Source: Candidatus Kaiserbacteria bacterium (GTDB lineage: Bacteria; Patescibacteriota; Minisyncoccia; Phycocordibacterales; UBA2100). Taken from it: 43,667 nucleotides of DNA. Below, piece by piece: positions 9,754-18,212 of this stretch. The notes beneath the pieces are model-generated. The model was not told the DNA's origin. It did not search any database and saw nothing but the letters and a program-made list of their open reading frames with translations. The DNA is taken from contig JAFAPB010000075.1 in the NCBI GenBank assembly GCA_019247335.1, positions 1 through 43,667 on the forward strand, read 5' to 3'. A program made the position numbers and the translations under genes. The stretch's first letter is position 1; every line of letters starts with the position of its first letter.

Positions 9754-10332
9754 ATGGATGACACGCAACTCGATCAAAAACTAAGTGAGCGATTCAAGTC
9801 GCTCCCGAAGATCGTGCAGGACGCGATCACGTCGGCGAGCGTCGAGCAACACCTGCGCGCGCTCGCCGAGACCCACAAGCTCCACATCGATCAGTGGGCG
9901 CTTCTTGAGAATGAGGTAATGCTGACTTTGCTCGGCTTCCAGAAGACGGAAGATCTTGCGGGCAACATCGCAAAGGAAGTGGGTATCGATGCGGAGGCTG
10001 CACGTGCGCTGGCAGATGACATCTCAAAGGTCGTTTTTGAACCAATCAGAGGCGAATTGGATCGCCGGCTCGATGCTCCCACGCAAAATCCGCTGCCTGG
10101 AGAGCCGATAGCGGAAACGCCTCATGAAGCCGCGCCGACCGCTCCTTCAGCGCCGATCGCGCCGTCGGCTCCGCAACTGGCGGCAACGCCCGTCGTCCCG
10201 GCGACTCCACCGTCGCCCGCACCCGAAAAAAAGGTTGAGCGCGCCCCAGTTTCACAGAATTATGCCGCGTCCATGCCGAGCCATGAGCGTACCGCGATAG
10301 AAGGAGACCCGTACCGCGAACAAATTGCATAA
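9754..10332 (+). CDS. Hypothetical protein with Pro/Ala-rich C-terminal half
   Basis: 192 aa, 1-nt spacer from the upstream gene, protein-like composition. Confidence 0.6.
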   Translation: MDDTQLDQKLSERFKSLPKIVQDAITSASVEQHLRALAETHKLHIDQWALLENEVMLTLLGFQKTEDLAGNIAKEVGIDAEAARALADDISKVVFEPIRGELDRRLDAPTQNPLPGEPIAETPHEAAPTAPSAPIAPSAPQLAATPVVPATPPSPAPEKKVERAPVSQNYAASMPSHERTAIEGDPYREQIA

Positions 10333-10372
10333 CAAACGCGGGCATCGCGCATCGCTTGATATACTGAAAGCG

Positions 10373-10870
10373 ATGCAGTTCCAGGTACCGCAGTTTATCG
10401 AAGTGGAAGACAAGATCTTCGGCCCCTTCACGTTTAAACAGTTCGTCTTCCTCGCCGGCGGCGCGGGCACCGCATATCTCCTGTGGCGCGCGCTGCCGCT
10501 TTTGGTCGCTGCACCGCTTATCGCGATCATCGCCGGAATGACGGTGGCACTGGCTTTCGTGCAGTACAACGGCCGCCCTTTCCTCCTCGCCGCGGAAACG
10601 GCGTTCTACTACCTCCTCCATAGCAAGCTCTACCTCTGGAACAACGTTCCCAAGAAAGTCGCGCCGAAAAAGGCCGCCGAGCAGCCGACCGCACAGGTAT
10701 ACATTCCGCATCTTTCTGATTCCCGCTTGCACGACCTCGCTTGGTCGCTCGACATCAAAGAACGTATCGCCGCGGGCGTCTCCTCCGAAGAAGACCGGGA
10801 AGCGCGCTCCGTGGTCGCGATACGCACGCCCGAGGAAATAATCGCCCACATGCAGGGCCGACACGCCTGA
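10373..10870 (+). CDS. PrgI-family (VirB3-like) T4SS membrane protein
   Basis: Begins MQFQVPQFIEVEDKIFGPFTFKQFVFLAGG followed by two TM helices, which is the hallmark N-terminus of PrgI-family proteins. The ATG at 10373 is preferred over the TTG at 10325. Confidence 0.6.
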   Translation: MQFQVPQFIEVEDKIFGPFTFKQFVFLAGGAGTAYLLWRALPLLVAAPLIAIIAGMTVALAFVQYNGRPFLLAAETAFYYLLHSKLYLWNNVPKKVAPKKAAEQPTAQVYIPHLSDSRLHDLAWSLDIKERIAAGVSSEEDREARSVVAIRTPEEIIAHMQGRHA

Positions 10871-10871
10871 T

Positions 10872-11537
10872 ATGCCGGAAACCACAGCCAATCCGCGCGC
10901 CAATACCCGCTCGACGCAGGAGTTCGTTCCCGTCGCTGAAGTGCGCGACGGCATCATCGTGATGAAGGACACGAGCCTGCGCGCTGTCCTCCTTGCGTCC
11001 TCTCTGAACTTCGCGCTCAAGTCGGAGGACGAGCAGACCGCGTTCATCGTGCAGTTCCAGAACTTTCTCAACTCGCTCGATTTTTCCGTGCAGATCTTCG
11101 TGCAGTCGCGCATGCTCGACATCCGTCCGTACGTCGCGACGCTCGAGGCGGCGTATAAAGAGCAGCTCGACGATCTCATGCGCGTGCAGATCCGGGAATA
11201 CATCGAATTCATCCGTAGCTTCACCGAGGCGGCGAACATCATGACGAAAAACTTTTTCGTCGTCGTGCCGTACACCCCGCCCGCGCTCACCAAAACCGGC
11301 GGCGCGCTCTCGCTCCTGTCGCTCGGCAAAGGCAGTGGCAGCGCGGATGAAGCGAACAAGACCTTTGAAGAACAGGTGACGCAGCTCGAGCAGCGCATCG
11401 CGATCGTGCAGCAAGGTCTCGTGCGCACCGGCGTGCGCACCGTGCAGCTCGGCACGGAAGAGGCGATCGAGCTTCTCTATAAGATGTTCAATCCGGGGGA
11501 AGAGGGGAAACCCATGCCCTTAAACGCACAACAATAG
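10872..11537 (+). CDS. T4SS-associated protein resembling the N-terminal domain of VirB4/TrsE-type ATPases
   Basis: 221 aa. The motif pattern VPVAEVRDGIIVMKDTSLRAVLLASSLNFALKSEDEQ..F..FLNSL...QI is typical of VirB4 N-termini from memory. No Walker motifs. 1-nt spacers on both sides. Confidence 0.4.
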   Translation: MPETTANPRANTRSTQEFVPVAEVRDGIIVMKDTSLRAVLLASSLNFALKSEDEQTAFIVQFQNFLNSLDFSVQIFVQSRMLDIRPYVATLEAAYKEQLDDLMRVQIREYIEFIRSFTEAANIMTKNFFVVVPYTPPALTKTGGALSLLSLGKGSGSADEANKTFEEQVTQLEQRIAIVQQGLVRTGVRTVQLGTEEAIELLYKMFNPGEEGKPMPLNAQQ

Positions 11538-11538
11538 T

Positions 11539-13476
11539 ATGGCGCTCACCGACCTGCTCCCGTTCGGCAAGAAAAAAACGGAGTCGCCCGAGGTCTTGCC
11601 GGTTTTGCCCGATGAGATCTACCGCACCGGCGTACTCGACCTGCAGGATGTCATCGCGCCGCACGCGCTCAAGATCACTTCGCACGAGCTCGACCTCGGC
11701 GAGAAGATCGCGCGCACGTTCTTCGTGATCTCATATCCGCGCTTTTTGACGACCGGCTGGTTCGCGCCGATCATCAACATGGACAAGGTGATCGATATCT
11801 CGATCTTCGTGCACCCGATGGACACCAACGAGATGCTGCGCAAGTTCCAGAAAAAGGTGGCGGAGATCCAGAGCCAGATCGCCTCGCGCGAGGAGAAAGG
11901 CATGGTGCGCGACCCGATGCTCGACACCGCCTACGGCGACCTCGAACAGCTGCGCGACAACCTCCAGCAGGCGCAGGAGAGAATTTTCGACGTGGGTCTC
12001 TATCTCACGCTCTACGGCGCGACGCGCGAAGAGATCGACAAGGTGGAAAGCGAGGTGCGCTCGATCCTCGAATCGCGCCTCGTCTATATCCGGCCGGCGC
12101 TCTTCCAGCAGGAGCAGGGCTTCCGCTCGGTCCTCCCGCTCGCGACAGACGAGCTCGGCGTACATACCAAGCTCAACTCCGCGCCGCTCTCCTCGATCTT
12201 TCCGTTCATCTCGTTCGACCTTACCTCGGATCGCGGCATTCTCTACGGCATCAACCGCCACAACTCTTCGCTCATTCTCTTCGATCGCTTCTCGCTCGAG
12301 AACTACAACAGCGTGACCTTCGCTAAATCCGGCGCCGGCAAATCCTACACGACCAAATTAGAGATCCTGCGCTCGCTTATGTTCGACACCGAGGTGATCG
12401 TGATCGACCCCGAACGCGAGTATGAATATCTCGCCGAGACGGTGGGCGGACGCTATTTCAATATCAGCCTCTCCTCCGAGCACCACATCAATCCGTTCGA
12501 TCTTCCGATCCCGCGCGAGGATGAGAATCCGTCGGACGTGCTCCGCAACAACATCATCACGCTCGTCGGCCTCTTCCGCATCATGCTCGGCGGACTCACG
12601 CCCGAGGAAGACGCGATCATCGACAAGGCGATCACCGAAACGTACGCGCTCAAAGACATCACGGCCGATGCGAACTTCGCCGCGGTCGAGCCGCCGCTGC
12701 TTTCCGACTTCGAGCTCGTGCTCTCCGGCATGGAAGGCTCCGAGAGCCTCGTGCAACGTCTTTCGAAATACACCAAGGGTACGTGGTCCGGCTTTATGAA
12801 TCGCCCGACCAACGTCGACATGAACAAAAAGCTCGTCGTCTTTTCCGTGCGCGACATGGAAGACGATCTGAAGCCGGTCGCGATGTACATCATCACGCAC
12901 CACATCTGGAATGTCGTGCGAAAAGAGCTCCGCAAGCGCCTCCTCGTCATCGACGAGGCATGGTGGATGATGAAGGCGCAGGACACCGCCTCCTTCCTCT
13001 TCGGCATCGCGAAGCGCGGCCGTAAATACTATCTCGGGCTCTCGACGATCACGCAGGACGTGAATGACTTTTTGACATCGCCGTACGGCACGGCGATGAT
13101 CACCAACTCGTCGATCCAGATGCTCCTGCGCCAATCGCCGACGTCCGTCGACTTGGTGCAGCAGACGTTCAAGCTCTCCGACGAAGAAAAATATCTGCTC
13201 CTCGAATCAGACGTCGGGGAAGGTATCTTCTTCGCGGGACTCAAGCACGTCGCGATAAAAGTGATCGCTTCCTACACGGAGGACCAGATCATCACATCCG
13301 ACCCCTCACAGATCCTCGCGATCAAAAAAGCGAAGCAAGAACTCGAAGCGGCGAACGAAGTGCCGACTCCGTTGCCGGAGCCGTCGCCCGCCGCGGCGGC
13401 GCCTGCCGCACCTGCCGCGCCTGCACCGGCGGCTGCCGCAATGAATCAACCCGAGCCGCCCGTGCCGAATATATGA
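11539..13476 (+). CDS. virB4: VirB4/TrbE/CagE-family T4SS ATPase
   Basis: 645 aa with Walker A FAKSGAGKSYTTK, Walker B RLLVIDEAWWMM and a C-terminal Ala/Pro-rich tail. Confidence 0.85.
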   Translation: MALTDLLPFGKKKTESPEVLPVLPDEIYRTGVLDLQDVIAPHALKITSHELDLGEKIARTFFVISYPRFLTTGWFAPIINMDKVIDISIFVHPMDTNEMLRKFQKKVAEIQSQIASREEKGMVRDPMLDTAYGDLEQLRDNLQQAQERIFDVGLYLTLYGATREEIDKVESEVRSILESRLVYIRPALFQQEQGFRSVLPLATDELGVHTKLNSAPLSSIFPFISFDLTSDRGILYGINRHNSSLILFDRFSLENYNSVTFAKSGAGKSYTTKLEILRSLMFDTEVIVIDPEREYEYLAETVGGRYFNISLSSEHHINPFDLPIPREDENPSDVLRNNIITLVGLFRIMLGGLTPEEDAIIDKAITETYALKDITADANFAAVEPPLLSDFELVLSGMEGSESLVQRLSKYTKGTWSGFMNRPTNVDMNKKLVVFSVRDMEDDLKPVAMYIITHHIWNVVRKELRKRLLVIDEAWWMMKAQDTASFLFGIAKRGRKYYLGLSTITQDVNDFLTSPYGTAMITNSSIQMLLRQSPTSVDLVQQTFKLSDEEKYLLLESDVGEGIFFAGLKHVAIKVIASYTEDQIITSDPSQILAIKKAKQELEAANEVPTPLPEPSPAAAAPAAPAAPAPAAAAMNQPEPPVPNI

Positions 13477-14516
13477 GACGTATCGCTTTGATCGCGCCGC
13501 TCGCGATACTCTTCTTCGCGGCGCCCGCTTTCGCACAACTCTCGCTCCCCGGCGGTGGGAACTCGCTCACGATCGGGATCGACCCTGTCGCACCGCGCCC
13601 CGGCGATCGAGTCGCGCTCTCACTTTCCACGTCTCTGTACGATCTGGATGCAAGCACGATCACCTGGCAGGTCAATGGCACGACGATCGCATCCGGTGTG
13701 GGCGTAAAAAATGCGTCATTTAGGGCCGGCGCCCTCGGATCCGCTGACGATATCAGCGTCGAGCTGGTCGACGGCGATGCGGTCGCCTCCGCCGAAACGC
13801 GTCTCACGCCCGCATCCGTCGATCTCTTGTGGGAATCCGATTCGTACGTGCCGCCGTTCTATCGCGGCCGCGCCTTGCCCACACCCGGTACGAGCATCCG
13901 ACTCTTCGCTATCCCATATCTCACAAAAACCGGCCGCACGTACGCCGCAGATCAGCTCATCTATACCTGGAAGGTGAACGGTGCGGTCGTCTCCTCGCTC
14001 TCCGGTCGCGGCAAAGCGAGCGCTCGCATTCCCGCGCCCGATCTTTTTGATCAAAAAACAGTGACGGTCGATGTCGCCTCACCCGATAAGAGCGTGGCGG
14101 CGAGCGCGAGCGTCACGATCTCGACCGGCGACCCTCTTGTGCGGCTCTATGAAGATCATCCGCTCTTCGGCGTAGAGTATTTCCGTGCGTTGCCGCCGAA
14201 TTTTTTCCTGAATGAGAGCGAAATGACCTTCATCGCGATACCGTATTTCGCAAAAGCTCAGCGGGGAAACAGCGCAAATCTTACGCACGAATGGCGCGTG
14301 AACGGCACGCCCGTCGCCGCTGCCGGCGACCGTACCGATGAGATCACCTTGAGCGCGGGAAACACCGGCGGGCTCGCGCACCTCGAGCTCTCGGTCGGCG
14401 ACCGCACGAACATCCTTTCGCAGGCCGCCGGTACCTGGGACATCACCTTCACGAAATCCGGCGGCGCGCCCGGCGCGACGTCGGGCGGCGCTTCGAGCCC
14501 GTTCGGCGACCATTGA
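13473..14516 (+). CDS. Secreted protein with three W-x-VNG beta-rich repeats
   Basis: 347 aa with signal peptide MRRIALIAPLAILFFAAPAFAQ and repeats ITWQVNGT / YTWKVNGA / HEWRVNGT. 4-nt overlap with virB4. Confidence 0.65.
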   Translation: MRRIALIAPLAILFFAAPAFAQLSLPGGGNSLTIGIDPVAPRPGDRVALSLSTSLYDLDASTITWQVNGTTIASGVGVKNASFRAGALGSADDISVELVDGDAVASAETRLTPASVDLLWESDSYVPPFYRGRALPTPGTSIRLFAIPYLTKTGRTYAADQLIYTWKVNGAVVSSLSGRGKASARIPAPDLFDQKTVTVDVASPDKSVAASASVTISTGDPLVRLYEDHPLFGVEYFRALPPNFFLNESEMTFIAIPYFAKAQRGNSANLTHEWRVNGTPVAAAGDRTDEITLSAGNTGGLAHLELSVGDRTNILSQAAGTWDITFTKSGGAPGATSGGASSPFGDH

Positions 14517-14517
14517 T

Positions 14518-15732
14518 ATGAATAATTTCTCGAGCGCAATTAAATTCTTCCTGGCGGCTGCGATCGTCATTATTCTCGGCGCGCTCCTCGGCTGGTACAC
14601 CTTCATTCATCGGCAGATCGCCGCGACGGATGCGGAGAGCAATGCGCGCGGCACTACTATTCCGACGTTCGGCGGGCAGACCGGCAGCATCAATGCGAAC
14701 ATAAGCGGCACCGCGGACACGGGAGAAGCGCCGCCCGGCAAAGCAGCGCCGCGCCTCTGGCATGTGACCAAAAACCCTGTCGCGGGCGACGGATTTGCAT
14801 CCGCGACCTCGACGATCTATTTCGCAGAACTTTCGAGCGGGAACGTGCTGATCGGCGATCCCTCCACGAGCGCCGTCGTGCGGCTCTCGAATACCCTGAT
14901 GCCCAAATCGTACGAAGCGCGCTTCGCGCCCGACGGATCCGTGATCCTGCGCTCGGTGGGCGAGAGCGGCGCCGTGCAGACCTACGCTGCACGGCTCGCC
15001 ACGTCGACCGAATCGGTCGATTCGACATCGACGCCGATGATGTTGAAGGGTTTGTATCTGCCGCAAGATATCCTCGAGATCACGACGGTCCCTGCTCTCA
15101 AGCTTTTGTATTTGATATCCGATAATGTGGGCGGGGCATCGCTGATCCAGTCCGATTGGTCGGGCGCGACGCAGAAGAAGCTCTTCTCATCACCGCTGCT
15201 TGAATGGCAGCTGCAGGTCTCTCCCGAGAACACCATCGTCCTCACGCAAAAGGCGGCCGACAATCTGCCCGGCTCCGCATATGCGCTCTCGGGTTCGACG
15301 CTCCGTCCGCTTGTCGAGAACGTGCCGGGACTCATCCTCCGCATCGGCAAAGGAGGCGCCATGCTCTACAGCTCGTCGAACGGCGCGCCTGATCTATACG
15401 CACAAGCGTCCGCGAGCGCGGCGCCGGTGCATCTGCCGATCCGCACCTCGGCCGATAAGTGCGTCTTTGCCGCCTCCGGGCTCACCGCGTACTGCGCCGT
15501 GCCGACGGCGAATCCGGGCGGTTACCTTTCGGCGCGCTTTCAGGGGACAGTGCATACGTCGGATTCCTGGTATCGCATCGATATGTCCGCCGGGACCGCG
15601 GAGAAATTCTTTACGCCTGACCCCTCGATCGCGCTCGACGTTGAGAATCCGCAGATCGATGCGAACGGGCTCTATCTCGCATTTCAAAACGGGGCGGATC
15701 GATCGCTCTGGATGCTCCGTATCATGCAATAG
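14518..15732 (+). CDS. Membrane-anchored extracytoplasmic protein, unknown function
   Basis: 404 aa with an N-terminal TM (FFLAAAIVIILGALLGWYTFI), then a beta-rich domain. Confidence 0.65.
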   Translation: MNNFSSAIKFFLAAAIVIILGALLGWYTFIHRQIAATDAESNARGTTIPTFGGQTGSINANISGTADTGEAPPGKAAPRLWHVTKNPVAGDGFASATSTIYFAELSSGNVLIGDPSTSAVVRLSNTLMPKSYEARFAPDGSVILRSVGESGAVQTYAARLATSTESVDSTSTPMMLKGLYLPQDILEITTVPALKLLYLISDNVGGASLIQSDWSGATQKKLFSSPLLEWQLQVSPENTIVLTQKAADNLPGSAYALSGSTLRPLVENVPGLILRIGKGGAMLYSSSNGAPDLYAQASASAAPVHLPIRTSADKCVFAASGLTAYCAVPTANPGGYLSARFQGTVHTSDSWYRIDMSAGTAEKFFTPDPSIALDVENPQIDANGLYLAFQNGADRSLWMLRIMQ

Positions 15733-15733
15733 T

Positions 15734-16300
15734 ATGTCTATGCGCGTACGAACACCGGTCGTTTCTCTCTGCCTTCTTGTTGTCATGTTGTTTCTCTTTG
15801 CCGGCGTCGCTCATGCCTCCGGCGCGGGTACCGGATGCACCAATCAATTCTGTCCGCTCGCGAATGTGAGCAATTCGCGACTCCAGGATATTTATTCCGG
15901 CACCGACCTCGCGAACTTCATCAGCAAGCTCTTCACCTTCGCGATATCGATCGGCGCGATCCTCGCGGTCCTGCGTCTCGGCTGGGCAGGGTACCTCTAC
16001 ATGACAACTGATAGCTGGGGATCAAAAGGGAAGGCGAAAGAGGTGATTGGCGACGTCGTCCTCGGCCTTCTCCTCCTCCTAAGCATCTGGATCATCCTCA
16101 AGCAGATCAATCCTGACATCTTGAAGCTCAACATTTTGAACCAAATTCAAAAAGTCGACGTGAGCAAGCAGGTCCCTGCCAATACCTCCGGCGCAGGCAC
16201 GGGGACAGGCGCCGGAACGGGCAGCGCAACGGGAACCGGCGGCGCGACAGGGACAGCGATGCCGTGCACTGATGCGCTCGGCAATGTGATTCCGTGCTAA
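15734..16300 (+). CDS. T4SS pilin-like protein (TrbC/VirB2-type topology)
   Basis: 188 aa from the ATG at 15734, in frame with the longer track ORF. Signal peptide, two hydrophobic helices (FISKLFTFAISIGAILAVL; VVLGLLLLLSIWIIL) and a C-terminal GAGTGTGAGTGSATGTGGATGT tract. Confidence 0.55.
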   Translation: MSMRVRTPVVSLCLLVVMLFLFAGVAHASGAGTGCTNQFCPLANVSNSRLQDIYSGTDLANFISKLFTFAISIGAILAVLRLGWAGYLYMTTDSWGSKGKAKEVIGDVVLGLLLLLSIWIILKQINPDILKLNILNQIQKVDVSKQVPANTSGAGTGTGAGTGSATGTGGATGTAMPCTDALGNVIPC

Positions 16301-16303
16301 CGG

Positions 16304-16768
16304 CTATTGCGCCGAGTATTTGATGACGACGCGGCGGCCGCGGCCTTCGCCTTGAGACTCCGTTTTAATATTCGGCTGATCCTGCAATGTCGTGTGGACG
16401 ATGAGTCGCTCGTACGCTGACATCGGCGTGAGCTCGACGTCGTATTGGAATGACCGCGCTCGCTCGGCCATCATGAGCGCTTTATTCTGGATATCCTTGA
16501 TGCGTTTCACCTGGTAGTCGTTCACGTCCACGAGAAAGCGCGGCTCCTCCTCGCCCTCTGCGGCGGGATGCTTCTTTTCGTAGATCTTCTTCACGAGCAT
16601 GTCGAGCGCGTAGATCGTATCGCCCCGTCCGCCGATCAGGATCGGCGCGGCCTCGGTCTGTATTGAAAAAATATGCTGGCCTGCCATTTCACTGTGGGAG
16701 ACGTCGGAGTAGGGGACGCCGAGGTTGTCGAGCAACTCCTTGACGATGGTCGTAACGGCAGCTTCCAT
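16304..16768 (-). CDS. jag: KH/R3H RNA-binding protein Jag/KhpB (short form)
   Basis: 154 aa with KH-like LIGGRGDTIYALD and R3H-like MSAYERLIVHTTL, in the conserved position downstream of yidC. Confidence 0.75.
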   Translation of the reverse strand: MEAAVTTIVKELLDNLGVPYSDVSHSEMAGQHIFSIQTEAAPILIGGRGDTIYALDMLVKKIYEKKHPAAEGEEEPRFLVDVNDYQVKRIKDIQNKALMMAERARSFQYDVELTPMSAYERLIVHTTLQDQPNIKTESQGEGRGRRVVIKYSAQ

Positions 16769-16811
16769 CCACCTTATGTACCATAGAATGAAGCACCGAC
16801 CAAACGAAGTG

Positions 16812-17549
16812 TTATTTTTCCGGATTGAAGCGCCTGCCGGCGAGGTATTCCTGGCCGATCATGAATAAGTTGCTCGTCGCCCAGTAGAGCGGTGCCGCCG
16901 CCGCGACCGTGTAGCCGATAAAGCCGACGATAAGAGGAAGCACGTACCGCGCCTGGAGATCAAAGCTCTTCGCCATTTCCGACGAGAACGACTGCTCCAC
17001 CGCTTCAATGGGCGTCTGCGACCCGCGCGGACCCATCGAGAGACGCGTATACGTCAGCTGGGCGAGCATCGCGATGAGCGCGAGCACGACCGAATGTCCC
17101 GCCATATTGATGAGGCCCAAAAATTCCATGTTGACGACCGGCGGCGCCGCGACGAATGTGTAGAGGTATTCCGTATGGACGACGGGGAAGCCGCCGCGCG
17201 CAAAGACCCAATAGAGCCCGAGGAGAATCGGTAACTGCACTAAAAGAAGCAGAAATCCGGCGAACGGGTGGATGTCGCGTTCGCGGTAGAGCGCGAGGAT
17301 CGCCTTGCTTTGCTCCTCGGGCTTATCCTTATATTTCTTCTTGATCTCTTCGATCTCGGGCGCGACGCGCTTCATGTCCATCTGCGCCTTGACCGCTCGC
17401 TTCGAGAGCGGCCAGAGAATGATGCGTACGATGAAGGTGACGATGATGACCGCGATACCGATATCGTGCGTCGGGATATGATCGACAAAAAAGACGAGCG
17501 CGTTGTAGATCGGCAGGTAAATGATCGCGTGGAAAGCGTGACCGATCAT
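16812..17549 (-). CDS. yidC: Membrane protein insertase YidC (short type)
   Basis: 245 aa, multi-TM, in rnpA-yidC-jag synteny. Confidence 0.85.
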   Translation of the reverse strand: MIGHAFHAIIYLPIYNALVFFVDHIPTHDIGIAVIIVTFIVRIILWPLSKRAVKAQMDMKRVAPEIEEIKKKYKDKPEEQSKAILALYRERDIHPFAGFLLLLVQLPILLGLYWVFARGGFPVVHTEYLYTFVAAPPVVNMEFLGLINMAGHSVVLALIAMLAQLTYTRLSMGPRGSQTPIEAVEQSFSSEMAKSFDLQARYVLPLIVGFIGYTVAAAAPLYWATSNLFMIGQEYLAGRRFNPEK

Positions 17550-17583
17550 AGATGCATCAGTATCGCCTACCTCCGGGATGCCA

Positions 17584-17901
17584 TCAAGCGGCTGCCCGCT
17601 TCATGAGCTGGGCGATCTCCGCGCGTATTTCGTCATTCGACGCTTTCGTCGATCCCGCTTTCGCGTAGATAACGTACGCGCCGGCGGGAAGCGCCGGAAG
17701 AAGCGGCAGGAGCGCCGCACGGACGCGGCGCTTCAGCTTCGTACGGTCGACCGCATGACGCGCGACCTTTTTAGATATGACGCAGGCGAGTGCGGCACGC
17801 GAAAACCGCGAGACCCCTATGGAAAAAAGCTGACCGTGCGTCTTTTGAGCGGGGGAGAGCGTTTTCAGCTCGCCGCTTGAGAGTCGATATCGTGCAGGCA
17901 T
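17584..17901 (-). CDS. rnpA: RNase P protein component
   Basis: 105 aa, basic, immediately downstream of rpmH. Confidence 0.8.
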   Translation of the reverse strand: MPARYRLSSGELKTLSPAQKTHGQLFSIGVSRFSRAALACVISKKVARHAVDRTKLKRRVRAALLPLLPALPAGAYVIYAKAGSTKASNDEIRAEIAQLMKRAAA

Positions 17902-17910
17902 GAACCTCCT

Positions 17911-18045
17911 TTACGCGGAGAGTCGCGCGCGGCCCTTTCGGCGGCGCCTTGTGAGCATTTTGCGGCCGCCGCGCGTCTTTGTTCGCACGATAAAACCGTG
18001 CGTCTTCGCGCGCTTCTTCTTTTTGGGCTGATACGTTCGTCGCAT
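17911..18045 (-). CDS. rpmH: 50S ribosomal protein L34
   Basis: 44 aa: [44 protein letters not shown]. The track ORF is trimmed to the internal ATG. TGGTATAGT lies 7 nt upstream of that ATG. Confidence 0.9.
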   Translation of the reverse strand: MRRTYQPKKKKRAKTHGFIVRTKTRGGRKMLTRRRRKGRARLSA

Positions 18046-18212
18046 AAGCGGCACTATACCAGTGTTTCGGTATTTTGAAAGGCCGAAATGAGCGAGAAAA
18101 CGTATCCCCACGTTCTCCACAGCTTATAAACAGCGCGGGGAAATGAAGTTTGCGCTTCCCACAACGCCCGATGCGCGTATAATGACCAAGCTTTGATGCG
18201 CATGATGATTCT
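18046..18212. promoter_or_regulatory. rpmH-dnaA divergent promoter region with DnaA-box-like sites
   Basis: TTCTCCACA (18113-18121) matches 8/9 of TTATCCACA. TATAAT sits at 18178-18183 upstream of dnaA. Confidence 0.4.

Noticed and set aside
8517-13134. Long minus-strand ORFs 8517-9506, 10046-11455, 10755-11414, 11731-12261 and 12358-13134
   Set aside because: All are antisense to the T4SS-like operon genes (VirB6-like, PrgI-like, VirB4), which have motifs and tight operon spacing. Their composition is shadow-like.
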